Below, piece after piece: positions 1 to 8,882 of a stretch of 55,730 nt of DNA. A program made the position numbers and the translations under genes. Positions within the stretch are counted from its first letter, which is position 1; the number at the start of each line of letters is the position of its first letter. Source of the DNA: a virus (Duplodnaviria > Caudoviricetes); the IMG/VR virus record IMGVR_UViG_3300044682_000046, positions 1 through 55,730 of that record. One strand, written 5' to 3'. The notes under the pieces were generated by a model that worked only from the letters and a program-made list of their open reading frames with translations, made no database searches and was not told where the DNA came from.

Positions 1-42
1 GGGACCTCGAGGACATCCGTTACGGCCAAGACGCCAAGTCCG

Positions 43-382
43 CTGCGGCCTAACACCACCCCTGAGGGCGACCATGGCGAACAGCAATCCCCCGAAGATC
101 ACCAAGGGCGAGCGAGCCGCGCTGTGGATGATCGCGCGCCGCGAGGGAACGTTTCACAGCGTTCTCGGCCATCGCCTTCAACAGAGCGCCCTCGCCTACC
201 CGGTCTCTGGAGTCTTCAATTTCCTGGTCGGCTGCAACTGCCGAACGGCTGACGGATGGATGCTGACCGATCTTGGCGCAGCCCACATCGGCAGCGTCCT
301 GGTTCCTGCGGCCTAACACCACCCCTGAGGGCGACCATGGCGAACAGCAATCCCCCGAAGATCACCAAGGGCGAGCGAGCCG
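43..382 (+). repeat. 77-bp perfect direct repeat (43-119 and 306-382) spanning stop codon, RBS and first 15 codons of two consecutive genes
   Basis: Identical CTGCGGCCTAACACCACCCCTGAGGGCGACCATGGCGAACAGC...GAGCGAGCCG at both positions, offset 263 bp. Confidence 0.97.
74..316 (+). CDS. hypothetical phage early protein
   Basis: GAGGG RBS then ATG; N-terminus MANSNPPKITKGERA lies within repeat copy 1. Confidence 0.7.
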   Translation: MANSNPPKITKGERAALWMIARREGTFHSVLGHRLQQSALAYPVSGVFNFLVGCNCRTADGWMLTDLGAAHIGSVLVPAA

Positions 383-621
383 ACGAAGCGGGCCGATTCG
401 TGGAGGTCGAGGACGGAAACCGACGAAGCTTTCGGTTCGGCGAGTGGGTCAAGCGAGATGATGGGTATTGGGCGCTCAGAATAACGCTTGGTGATGTGCT
501 TGCTGCCGCGACCAGTCTTCGTCAATGCGATTGCTGCGGACAGATGCGAGAATGCGAATCTGTTGTTGCATTCGGAACTGACACTGTCGCTTGCGAAGAC
601 TGCCGGAGTCCCCTCCCATGA
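337..621 (+). CDS. hypothetical protein with C-terminal CxxC..CxxC (Zn-finger-like)
   Basis: Starts at ATG in repeat copy 2; CDCC and CEDC motifs; ATGA overlap with next gene. Confidence 0.7.
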   Translation: MANSNPPKITKGERADEAGRFVEVEDGNRRSFRFGEWVKRDDGYWALRITLGDVLAAATSLRQCDCCGQMRECESVVAFGTDTVACEDCRSPLP

Positions 622-998
622 TCCTCGCTCCCGAGAAGCGCGAATTATTGCACGAATACGCAAAGAATCGCGCCGCGCTCGAAAAAAGCATCAAGCATTG
701 GGAAAAGAACGTCGTCGCGAAGACGTCGGTCCAGGCGAGCGTTAGCGCCGGAGACTGTGCTCTCTGCAAATTGCATCGTCGTCAGGGCGCCTGCGATCAG
801 GAATGTCCAGTTAAAGCGAAAACCGGATTAGACCTCTGCGGAGGCACTCCCTACGACGATGCTTGGCGGGCGTTGGTGGCATGGATTGATGAAGAGCCCA
901 ACACCGATAGCTGGCGCAAGGCTCGCGCTCTCTGGCGCAAGGCGGCGCAAGCGGAACTCGACTTCCTCATCAGCCTGCGTCCGGAGGCAGCGCCATGA
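618..998 (+). CDS. hypothetical Cys-containing phage protein
   Basis: ATGA coupling at both ends; CALC, CPV, LC motifs. Confidence 0.7.
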   Translation: MILAPEKRELLHEYAKNRAALEKSIKHWEKNVVAKTSVQASVSAGDCALCKLHRRQGACDQECPVKAKTGLDLCGGTPYDDAWRALVAWIDEEPNTDSWRKARALWRKAAQAELDFLISLRPEAAP

Positions 999-1366
999 CC
1001 CCCGCCCCCGAGGAGCGCGCTGAGGAAATCAGCAAGACGCCGTGGCGGTATTCCAGTGCCGATGGAACAATCCGTGACGCCAAAGACAAGGTCGTCGCGT
1101 TTCTCTCCCAAGGTTTCGAGATAGGTGCTGCCAACGGCGCCCTCATGGCCGCAGCGCCCGAGATGCGCGAGGAAATCCGCAGGCTGAGAGAAGTGCTCAA
1201 GCCGTTTGCTAATTACGCGGCGTGGGTAGCTGAGCATCACCCCGGATGGGATCACGACGATTTCAGCGTTGGATTGCCGGACGGCTTTTTCGCAAAGACG
1301 GGGGCGGACAAGCTCGGTGCCTTTCGCGCCGCTCTCTGCGCCCTCAAATCGGAGGACCGCTCATGA
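995..1366 (+). CDS. hypothetical phage protein
   Basis: GGAGG RBS; TPW...ANGALMAAAPEM motif common in phage early genes. Confidence 0.75.
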   Translation: MTPAPEERAEEISKTPWRYSSADGTIRDAKDKVVAFLSQGFEIGAANGALMAAAPEMREEIRRLREVLKPFANYAAWVAEHHPGWDHDDFSVGLPDGFFAKTGADKLGAFRAALCALKSEDRS

Positions 1367-1770
1367 GCGGCCTCAGCGCTCATCTCCCCAACTGTTCAAC
1401 GCCTGGGCTCTGCGGCGAGCGGGACTCCTGTCAGGGAACGCCTCCATGTTCCAGCGCGAGCGAGCCGGAGTTCAGCGCGGAGCTGGTGGAGCGGTGCGCG
1501 AGCAAAATGTCAGCCGCTATGGATGGATGGTTCCAATCCTGTCGAACGAGCGCGCCCAAAGAAAAGATGGAAGCGTTCGTGGCTCGCGCCATCATTCGCG
1601 AGAGCGGCCACGCCGATCTGGTCGCGGCGCTGAAGCTGTTACTCGATTTTGTCGGCTACAGGCACATGACCGACGACCAACTGTGCGAAGAGGCGCGTCT
1701 CGGAAACAGGCTTGCTCCGGACATTCTCAAAGCGCGCAAAGCTCTTCGCAAAGCCGGAGCCATCGCATGA
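1363..1770 (+). CDS. hypothetical phage protein
   Basis: GGAGG RBS, ATGA overlaps. Confidence 0.65.
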   Translation: MSGLSAHLPNCSTPGLCGERDSCQGTPPCSSASEPEFSAELVERCASKMSAAMDGWFQSCRTSAPKEKMEAFVARAIIRESGHADLVAALKLLLDFVGYRHMTDDQLCEEARLGNRLAPDILKARKALRKAGAIA

Positions 1771-2072
1771 GCGCGCGCTACAGCCTGACCTACGAGTTTG
1801 ACGAGCTTCCCGTAGGAGCTTGCATGGCTCGCGGCAGCGCGGAGGTGGAGTTCACGCGCGACGGCGCTTGGCGTTTGCAAGGCATGAACGCTTTCATCCG
1901 CGATGTCCACGACGACGAGATGGCGGACGTTACTCCTACAATCGTTATGGCAATCCGCCGCGCGCTGAACGACGACCGCCGCATCCAGCAAGCCGTCAAC
2001 GACGAACTCGCCGAGCTTCCGTCGCCCCGCGAAGAGGCTGCGGCGGACGCGGCGGATTGGAGGCGAGAGTGA
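1767..2072 (+). CDS. hypothetical phage protein
   Basis: ATGA overlap; MSARYSLTYEFDELP... Confidence 0.65.
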   Translation: MSARYSLTYEFDELPVGACMARGSAEVEFTRDGAWRLQGMNAFIRDVHDDEMADVTPTIVMAIRRALNDDRRIQQAVNDELAELPSPREEAAADAADWRRE

Positions 2073-2284
2073 CGATCCGCTCCTTCTTCGCCGATCTTCT
2101 CGCCTTCCTGCGCTCATGGTCCGACTGGCGGAAGCGCATGCCCGAGCTGGAGCCGAAGCCGGACTTCGCCGAGGCGAAAGCCAACTACGCCAGCGCCCGG
2201 AAAGCGCACCACGGCCAGCGCGAGGCGTGGCTAAAGCTGCGCGACGCGGCGAATGAATCGCTCAAGCGCGGGCTTTATTCATGA
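2069..2284 (+). CDS. hypothetical phage protein
   Basis: GTGA overlap, GGAGG upstream. Confidence 0.6.
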   Translation: MTIRSFFADLLAFLRSWSDWRKRMPELEPKPDFAEAKANYASARKAHHGQREAWLKLRDAANESLKRGLYS

Positions 2285-2472
2285 ACGCTCACGCGGTCGA
2301 TACCCGAGCCGTCGACCTCGCGATCGTCACCGCGAGGGGGCACATTCTCTCGGCCGAGCAGGCTTTGGAACGCGCCCGCGCGGAAGTCCGCAAGCTGGAA
2401 GCGCGTCGAGATGAGATCGCGGCGGACTGCGCGGCGACGCGCGACGCTCGCAAATTTGGAGAAGGAAAATGA
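2281..2472 (+). CDS. hypothetical coiled-coil protein
   Basis: ATGA overlaps on both sides. Confidence 0.6.
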   Translation: MNAHAVDTRAVDLAIVTARGHILSAEQALERARAEVRKLEARRDEIAADCAATRDARKFGEGK

Positions 2473-3287
2473 ACGCCCAAGTCCAAGATGTCGTCGTCCA
2501 CGAGCAGCCAGGCACGCCAGCATCTGAATCCGATCCTTTTTTGGTTGTCGCGCGCTTGGCAGCATCGCATCCGATGATCGACGCTGACAAGCTCGTCAAG
2601 CTGTACGATTTGGCCGATCGGGCGAACAAGGCTCGTGCCTCGGTTGCATTCGCTGACGCCTTCGCGACCATGATCCACGAGCTACCATCGATCGATCGGC
2701 GCGGGCGCATTATCGTCTATTCGAAAGAGGCTCGCGAGCGCGGGGTGAAAGAAAGCGACAGGCCCCAGCAAGACACGCCCTACGCCACATTCGACGATAT
2801 CCTTGAGAACATCATTCCCGTGCTTGCCAAGCATAGATTCTCGATCCGTTTTGAGCACGAAACAGTTACCGCCGGAGACAGCTACCGGATCAAGACGAAA
2901 GCGATCTTGCGCCACAAAGACGGCCATTATGAGACAGCCGAGACGCCTCCGTTACCGCACGACTCCACGGGGTCAAAGAACCCGACGCAAGCGGTCGGAT
3001 CGGCGATGGCCTACGGCAAGCGCTACGCCCTGCGCGCCGTGTTGCCGATTGTCTCGCACGCGCCCCAGGACGCGGACGACGATGCGAAGAAGGCGAATGA
3101 GCCAGAGGCAATCGGCGTCGATGAGATCGCCTTTATCGAGCAGCAAATCCGCGACACGGGAAGCGATCTCACCATCTTCCTCAAGCTGCTCGGGGCGGAA
3201 AGTGTCGCGGCGATTCCAGCGTCGAAATATCGACGCGCCTTGGAATTGCTCGAGGCCAAGAAGCGCAAGCAGGCGGCTGGGAAATGA
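2469..3287 (+). CDS. erf: ERF-family single-strand annealing protein
   Basis: YATFDDI...PVL.KH and QAVGSAMAYGKRYAL...DDD ERF signature; adjacent to exonuclease. Confidence 0.9.
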   Translation: MNAQVQDVVVHEQPGTPASESDPFLVVARLAASHPMIDADKLVKLYDLADRANKARASVAFADAFATMIHELPSIDRRGRIIVYSKEARERGVKESDRPQQDTPYATFDDILENIIPVLAKHRFSIRFEHETVTAGDSYRIKTKAILRHKDGHYETAETPPLPHDSTGSKNPTQAVGSAMAYGKRYALRAVLPIVSHAPQDADDDAKKANEPEAIGVDEIAFIEQQIRDTGSDLTIFLKLLGAESVAAIPASKYRRALELLEAKKRKQAAGK

Positions 3288-3937
3288 GCGGCGTCGAGGT
3301 CATCGACTGCGAGCAGAACAGCGAGGAATGGTTCCGTGCTCGCCTTGGCTTGCCTACAGCGAGCATGTTCTCTGACGTGCTCGCCAAGGGCGAGGGCAAG
3401 ACGCGCCGCTCCTACATGCTTCGCCTGGCAGGTGAGATCATCACGGGCGAGCCAACCGAGTCCTTCACATCGCCGGCAATGGAACGCGGCAAGCTGATGG
3501 AGGACGAAGCGCGCGCGATGTACGAGTTCCTGAGCGATGAGCCTCTAGAGCGCGTGGGCTTCATTCGCAACGGCGACAAGGGCTGCTCGCCCGATAGCCT
3601 CATCGGCGCCAATGCCGGACTCGAAATCAAAACCAAGCGCAGCGACCTGCTCATCGACACGATCTTGCGTGATCGCTTCCCCCCGGAACACGTCGCGCAG
3701 TGCCAAGGCTTCCTTTGGGTAGCCGAGCGCGAATGGTGCGATCTGGTCTGCTATTGGCCTCGCCTGCCGTTGTTCGTCAAGCGCGCCTATCGCGACGAAC
3801 CCTACATCAAGACGCTCGCTAGCGAGGTCGCCAAATTCAACGCCGAACTCGCAGAGACCGTCGAGAAAATCAGGCGCTACGGGGAACCACAACCATCGCT
3901 TCGGGAACAGCTTGAACACAGCGTGGCGGCGCCATGA
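3284..3937 (+). CDS. YqaJ / lambda-type exonuclease
   Basis: QNSEEWFRARLG.PTAS, M.RG...E, SPD, LEIK, Q.Q motifs. Confidence 0.93.
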   Translation: MSGVEVIDCEQNSEEWFRARLGLPTASMFSDVLAKGEGKTRRSYMLRLAGEIITGEPTESFTSPAMERGKLMEDEARAMYEFLSDEPLERVGFIRNGDKGCSPDSLIGANAGLEIKTKRSDLLIDTILRDRFPPEHVAQCQGFLWVAEREWCDLVCYWPRLPLFVKRAYRDEPYIKTLASEVAKFNAELAETVEKIRRYGEPQPSLREQLEHSVAAP

Positions 3938-4335
3938 CTCGCGCGCTGCTCATTCTCAACAGCGAGACGGCGCGCGCCCAGGCGATGCGCTGGTTGTCGA
4001 TCGCGCCCGACGGGACGCGGGTGGAATTCAAGAAGCCCAGACGATCATTGGATCAAAATTCTTTGATGTGGGCGCGGTTGACTGAAGTTGCGCAGCAGGT
4101 GACTTGGTACGGGCAAAAGCTCTCGGCGGAAGACTGGAAAGATGTCTTCAGTGCGTCGCTTCGCAAGGCTCGCGTCGTGCCTGGGCTCGATCCAGGAACC
4201 TACGTGCCGCTCGGCATGCGAACGTCCGATATGTCGAAAGAGGAAATGGGACTGCTGCTCGACCTCATAGACGCCTTCGCGGCTGAGCGTGGCGTCCGCT
4301 TCCAAGACACGGAAATTGCAGAGGCGGTCGGATGA
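3934..4335 (+). CDS. ninB: NinB/Orf recombination mediator
   Basis: RSLDQNSLMW, W.GQKLSAEDWKDVF, RTSDMSKEEM..L.DLI.AF.AE.GV. Confidence 0.9.
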   Translation: MTRALLILNSETARAQAMRWLSIAPDGTRVEFKKPRRSLDQNSLMWARLTEVAQQVTWYGQKLSAEDWKDVFSASLRKARVVPGLDPGTYVPLGMRTSDMSKEEMGLLLDLIDAFAAERGVRFQDTEIAEAVG

Positions 4336-4586
4336 GCGGCCCGGACAAACCCAACCTCAATGACAACGAGCGCCGCGTCCTTCGCGCATTGCCGTCTGAG
4401 GGCTACGCCGGATTTGGATTTGTCAGCTTCGCTTACCTCACACGGGAGACGATGCTGAACCGGCGCGCTGTACGGCTGGCCTGCCGCTCCCTGGCGCGCA
4501 AGGGCCTTGCCGAGTACTCGCGCGGGCTTTGGTCTGAGGACGGGAAACCGTGCGGAGCGGGGTATGCGAGGACTTGGGAGACATGA
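4332..4586 (+). CDS. hypothetical, possible winged-helix protein
   Basis: ATGA overlaps; LN..E..VL...VR.ACRSL.RKGL pattern. Confidence 0.55.
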   Translation: MSGPDKPNLNDNERRVLRALPSEGYAGFGFVSFAYLTRETMLNRRAVRLACRSLARKGLAEYSRGLWSEDGKPCGAGYARTWET

Positions 4587-4987
4587 GCGAGCGCCGCGCC
4601 GAGTTCACGCAGGCGATCAAGGTTCGCCGCCTCACCTTTGCGGGATTCAGATGCGAAGCCGAGGTCACGCGCGACGACGCGACGAAAGTGCGGTGCAACG
4701 CGGTTCTAACCGGCAAGCGCGTCGAGTTCCATCATGCGATCGAAGCGGAGCTAGGCGGATTGGCGACGTTTGAGAATTGCCGCGCCTGGTGCCGCCAATG
4801 CCACAGGGATTACTACCCGCAGAGCGCGGCGAAAATCAGCGAAGCAAAGCGCCGCGAAGCCGCGCACGTAGGCGCACGCCGACCAAAGCAGCGCATGGCC
4901 TCGGGCGCCAAGCTAGCCGGCCCCGAGCGCGCTCACGAAGGGCGTCAGCCGCTTCCGAGACGCTCGCTATATGAGGACGTTCGATGA
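4583..4987 (+). CDS. HNH endonuclease
   Basis: RCE...C...EFHH...GG....ENC...CRQCH. Confidence 0.8.
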   Translation: MSERRAEFTQAIKVRRLTFAGFRCEAEVTRDDATKVRCNAVLTGKRVEFHHAIEAELGGLATFENCRAWCRQCHRDYYPQSAAKISEAKRREAAHVGARRPKQRMASGAKLAGPERAHEGRQPLPRRSLYEDVR

Positions 4988-5262
4988 TCCGTCAAACCGC
5001 CCAGCGTCCAGCGTCCAAAGCCTCCGACTTGGACATGCTCCCTGAGCTGATATGCCGGTTCGTCGAGGAGCGAGGGCCGCAAGAGATCGAGCGGTTGTGC
5101 CTGTTCTTGGATACGCTGGCGTCGCTTTTGCACTCGTACCAGCAAGTCGTTCATTACGCGGGACAGATCACGCCTGATGCTGACGATTTGTCGGCCTCCC
5201 GGAAGGCTGTCCGATTGGCTCTGGCTAATATCTTAGATGGGGTTAGGAAGCGCCAGCCATGA
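4984..5262 (+). CDS. hypothetical protein
   Basis: GAGG RBS, ATGA overlaps. Confidence 0.55.
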   Translation: MIRQTAQRPASKASDLDMLPELICRFVEERGPQEIERLCLFLDTLASLLHSYQQVVHYAGQITPDADDLSASRKAVRLALANILDGVRKRQP

Positions 5263-5462
5263 CGGACAGGATGACAGACGCGGAATTGCCCAAAGAAGCG
5301 GTTGCGTTAATTGCTGCGGAATTCGCCCGCATCCGCAACGCCGCGCTCGATGAGGCGGCGAAGGCGGCGCGAGAACGTGCTCAAAACTTCGCGCACGAGG
5401 CCAAGCTCGTCCTCCTCAGCGTTGGCGACGAGATCGAAGCCCTCAAAACCAAAGAGCTATGA
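5259..5462 (+). CDS. hypothetical phage protein
   Basis: RNAALDEAA...IEALK motif typical of phage early genes. Confidence 0.65.
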   Translation: MTDRMTDAELPKEAVALIAAEFARIRNAALDEAAKAARERAQNFAHEAKLVLLSVGDEIEALKTKEL

Positions 5463-5466
5463 GAGT

Positions 5467-5685
5467 ATGAGCGATCCTTGTCAGTTCTGTATGGCCGGTT
5501 CGTCCTTAGGGGCCGAGAAGCCTCAGCTCGTTCTATTTGAAGGCCAATGGCAACCATGGCCCTTGGTCGCGCCATTGCCCGATGCGCCAATCGTCTTGGC
5601 CGACATCTGTCCAGTCTGCGATCGGGAACGGTTCAATGCCGAGGAAGTACCGCGTCTAAATCAGAGATTGGGATTAACGCCATGA
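5467..5685 (+). CDS. hypothetical Zn-ribbon protein
   Basis: CQFC and CPVC. Confidence 0.55.
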   Translation: MSDPCQFCMAGSSLGAEKPQLVLFEGQWQPWPLVAPLPDAPIVLADICPVCDRERFNAEEVPRLNQRLGLTP

Positions 5686-5766
5686 TGGACTACTTCACTG
5701 GCATAGAAAAAGTATTTGTAGCGGTACGCGACCGTATCCTCGCCCTCAAAACACCGGAGCGGGAAG

Positions 5767-6000
5767 ATGAATGACGCTGCTGTAACGATGATTGCCACTT
5801 GTTTGATGCTGAACCCTACTTGTCCTGCAAACGAATATCCTGTCTGTACCGTAAATGGAACGCCAATTTGCGTCAAGGGTGAATACCCTGTTGCGGCAAA
5901 TCACCTCTGCTCTGATGATAATAGGGTGTGGTGGCCAGCCAGAAGTGACGGAATGTGTTACTTCGATGACAAACCGAAGGTTCCTTCCGATGCCAAATGA
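5767..6000 (+). CDS. small Cys-rich hypothetical protein
   Basis: GGAG/GGGAAG upstream; six Cys; lower GC than flanks. Confidence 0.5.
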   Translation: MNDAAVTMIATCLMLNPTCPANEYPVCTVNGTPICVKGEYPVAANHLCSDDNRVWWPARSDGMCYFDDKPKVPSDAK

Positions 6001-6178
6001 GAAGCAAGCCACGCCCCTTCGTCTCCGCTGCTTCGACTGCGGCGGGAAGGACTTTGTGATAGTCGTTGAGAAAGACGGCTTCGGCCACCGCTATGTGAGG
6101 ATCACCTGCGCGGACTGCCGGCGTGAATGTAGGCAGGTCTTTGTAGCGGGGAAAGAGAGGGATCGTGATGGCAAGTGA
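5990..6178 (+). CDS. Zn-ribbon hypothetical protein
   Basis: CFDCGG...CADC. Confidence 0.55.
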   Translation: MPNEKQATPLRLRCFDCGGKDFVIVVEKDGFGHRYVRITCADCRRECRQVFVAGKERDRDGK

Positions 6179-6650
6179 GAAGGAAGTCGAGGCGGCGTGG
6201 GCTGCGCTGTGCGGGCCTTTTGCGCCGCACACAATATCGACAACTATCGAGAAGGACGATATCCGCGCCGCCCTCTCCGCCGCCGAGGCTGTGCGGGGGG
6301 AGGAAGGCATCTTATCATGCGGCCACCCGAAATCCCTCGAAATCGTAAGCATCGAAAGTGATTATCGCGATTGCGAGCTTTGCGAGGCGCGTCGCATGAA
6401 ACGTGACGCCGAAGCTATGGAAATTCACCATAGAGCAGAACGCGACGCCGAACGGGCAAAGAACGCCTCCCTCCGCGCGCTGCTCGCCAAGGCGGGGGAG
6501 GGGATGGAGCCTTTCCAAAGGCTTGCTGATGAAATCGATGAAATCAGAGGCGATACTTCGCCAGATTGCTGGTCGAAGTCATGCCAATGGAGCGATTTGG
6601 TCCGCGCCCGCGCCCTCCTCGCCGAGATCGAGAAGGAGTTGGGAAGATGA
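6165..6650 (+). CDS. hypothetical phage protein
   Basis: GAGG RBS; IRAALSAA and RARALL modules. Confidence 0.65.
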   Translation: MMASEKEVEAAWAALCGPFAPHTISTTIEKDDIRAALSAAEAVRGEEGILSCGHPKSLEIVSIESDYRDCELCEARRMKRDAEAMEIHHRAERDAERAKNASLRALLAKAGEGMEPFQRLADEIDEIRGDTSPDCWSKSCQWSDLVRARALLAEIEKELGR

Positions 6651-6898
6651 GCCAAGACGGCAAGACAGTTGCAAAATCGTTCATAGCCGAAATGAACGCG
6701 GACGAGCTGGCCCTCCGTTTGATGGCGATTGGCATTGGGTTGCGACCACCGCCAGGGACTAACGCGACGACCGCTCTCGACGAAGCCGAGAGGGCATGGC
6801 CGCGCGACCCATCGGGCAGCTTCCCTTTTCGACGAATGGCCCACGCGGCAATCTCTTACCTCGGCGAGTGCGTTGAGAACGGCCAGCGGCCCGCATGA
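6647..6898 (+). CDS. hypothetical protein
   Basis: GGAG RBS, ATGA overlaps. Confidence 0.6.
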   Translation: MSQDGKTVAKSFIAEMNADELALRLMAIGIGLRPPPGTNATTALDEAERAWPRDPSGSFPFRRMAHAAISYLGECVENGQRPA

Positions 6899-7575
6899 CC
6901 TCCCTTCTCCCCGCATCCACCTCCCGCATCGCCGGGCCGGAAAAGCCGATAGGATTCAAAGCGCCTATGGTCCGGGCGATCCTCGCCGGGAGGAAGACGC
7001 AAACGCGGCGGGTGCTGCGCCCGATCAAGGGCGTCACCCTGGCAGATTTTACGTTCAGCGGCGACCAGGTTGCGCGATGGGGAAGTCTGCCAATCGAGAA
7101 GATTCGTAAGCCTGCCTACGCCGTCGGCGACAGGCTGTGGGTTCGCGAGGCGTGGCGGGCTGGAAAGCAATGGGATCGCGTCACTCCGCGAGATATTCCG
7201 CGCGGCGAGGCAATTTGGTTCGAAGCAGATCAGCCTTTCCCCATGCAGACACCCGGAAAGCTTCGCCCAAGCATTTTTCTTCCGCTTTGGGCTGCCCGTC
7301 CAGATCGCCTTGTCGTAACGGCCGTGCGCGTCGAGCGGTTGCAGGACATCAGCAAGGAAGACGCGATTGCGGAGGGGATAGAATGGCGCAATAGCACGCT
7401 GAGCGTCGGGGGGTATTGGGGTACTTGGAACGCAGACAATACTATGCGCTGCGGCGGAAGCCCAGACCCAATCGAAGCCTATCGATGTCTTTGGATCAAT
7501 ATCAACGGCCCCGGCTCCTGGGAAGCAAACCCCTGGGTCGCCGTCTATGGGCTGTCCAGGAGGGCGGCGGGGTGA
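6895..7575 (+). CDS. ASCH/PUA-like phage protein
   Basis: PI.F.APMVRAILAGRKTQTRR, GDRLWVREAW, PSIF.P, VRVERLQDIS.EDAIAEG, W.ANPWV. Confidence 0.8.
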   Translation: MTSLLPASTSRIAGPEKPIGFKAPMVRAILAGRKTQTRRVLRPIKGVTLADFTFSGDQVARWGSLPIEKIRKPAYAVGDRLWVREAWRAGKQWDRVTPRDIPRGEAIWFEADQPFPMQTPGKLRPSIFLPLWAARPDRLVVTAVRVERLQDISKEDAIAEGIEWRNSTLSVGGYWGTWNADNTMRCGGSPDPIEAYRCLWININGPGSWEANPWVAVYGLSRRAAG

Positions 7576-7614
7576 GCGCGCAAAGCGGGCATCGATAAAA
7601 ATGATTGGAGACCT

Positions 7615-8631
7615 ATGATGGGGAAGACAAAGATAGAATGGGCCACAGACAGTTGGAATCCCATCCGCGCGCGTAACAAGGCAACCGGGAAAATCGGCTG
7701 GCATTGCCAACACGTCACTACGGGATGCGAGTTCTGTTACGCCGAGGGTATCAACAAGCGCCTCGGGACCGGCCTTCCGTTCAAGCCCGGACACAGCAAG
7801 GATATCGAGCTTTTTCTCGACGAGAAGATGCTGCTCGCACCGCTGCGCTGGAGGAAGCCGCGCATGGTCTTTGTTTGCAGCATGACCGATCTCTTCGCCG
7901 ATTTTATCCCCGACAGATGGATCGACCGCGTCTTCGCCGTCATGGCGCTTTGCCCGCAGCACATTTTCCAGGTGCTGACCAAGCGCGCGACGCGGATGCG
8001 GGGGTATTTCGAGACGCGCCGCGATGGCGACCCGTGGGCAGAAGCTGCGGATGCGGTCGCCGACATGGTCGGGATGAAGGAGCATCCGGTCGTTTTGGAG
8101 CCGCGCGATTTGCCCCTGCCGAACGTCTGGCTCGGCATCTCGGCCGAGCGCCAGCAGGAGGCCGACGAGCGCATCCCCGACCTGCTCGCGGCACCGGCGG
8201 CGGTGCGCTTCGTCAGCGCCGAGCCGCTGCTCGGCCCGATCGACTTTCTCAAGACGCACGATCGCGGCGGACATTGGGATTGGCTGACGGGGTCGTTCGA
8301 GGACTGTCGCGAGAAAAGCGCTAGGGCCAAGCTCGACTGGGTGATTTGCGGCGGCGAGAGCGGTCCTGGCGCGCGGCCGATGAACATGGCGTGGGCGTCA
8401 TCGATTGTCGCGCAGTGCAAGGCCGCAGACGTGGCTTGTTTCGTGAAGCAGATGGGACCCCAGGCAACGGGACCGCACAGCAACGGCGTCAACGAAACGA
8501 CATGGCAGTTCAAAGACCGCAAGGGCGGAGACATGGCCGAATGGCCCGAGGACCTGCGCGTGCGGGAGTTCCCACGCGCCTACCCCGCCAGCCAACGGTT
8601 CGCGAGGGCGAATAGGAGAATACGAGGATGA
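7615..8631 (+). CDS. DUF5131 (phage Gp37/Gp68) radical-SAM-like protein
   Basis: TKIEW..DSWNP, CX6CX2CYA, SMTDLF, FQVLTKR, SAEPLLGP, DWVICGGESG. Confidence 0.92.
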   Translation: MMGKTKIEWATDSWNPIRARNKATGKIGWHCQHVTTGCEFCYAEGINKRLGTGLPFKPGHSKDIELFLDEKMLLAPLRWRKPRMVFVCSMTDLFADFIPDRWIDRVFAVMALCPQHIFQVLTKRATRMRGYFETRRDGDPWAEAADAVADMVGMKEHPVVLEPRDLPLPNVWLGISAERQQEADERIPDLLAAPAAVRFVSAEPLLGPIDFLKTHDRGGHWDWLTGSFEDCREKSARAKLDWVICGGESGPGARPMNMAWASSIVAQCKAADVACFVKQMGPQATGPHSNGVNETTWQFKDRKGGDMAEWPEDLRVREFPRAYPASQRFARANRRIRG

Positions 8632-8695
8632 GACTTACGGGCCAGGTCATCAAGGATATGGGCTATAAGCCCGCTCGGCGGAAGACGGGAGAGGG

Positions 8696-8833
8696 ATGAT
8701 GAGCGAGATGCACAATTGGTTCGGCACTGGCCTGATGATGTCGACGCAGATGGCGGCCATCCTCGACGGTGCGATTATCGTAATAATTCTCGGGCTTGTG
8801 GTTTGGTTCGCGCGTCACAGCCCGAGCTGCTGA
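8696..8833 (+). CDS. small single-TM protein (45 aa)
   Basis: Manual translation MMSEMHNWFG...AIIVIILGLVVWFARHSPSC; GGAG upstream. Confidence 0.45.
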   Translation: MMSEMHNWFGTGLMMSTQMAAILDGAIIVIILGLVVWFARHSPSC

Positions 8834-8882
8834 TAAGTGCTATAGGGGGGCGTTGCAACCGCATTAATGTGGCTAGAACGCG

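Noticed and set aside
6856-8274. 472-aa antisense ORF and similar long shadow ORFs (e.g. 42143..43390, 27618..28619)
   Set aside because: They overlap well-supported genes on the opposite strand, as expected in high-GC DNA, and show no motifs
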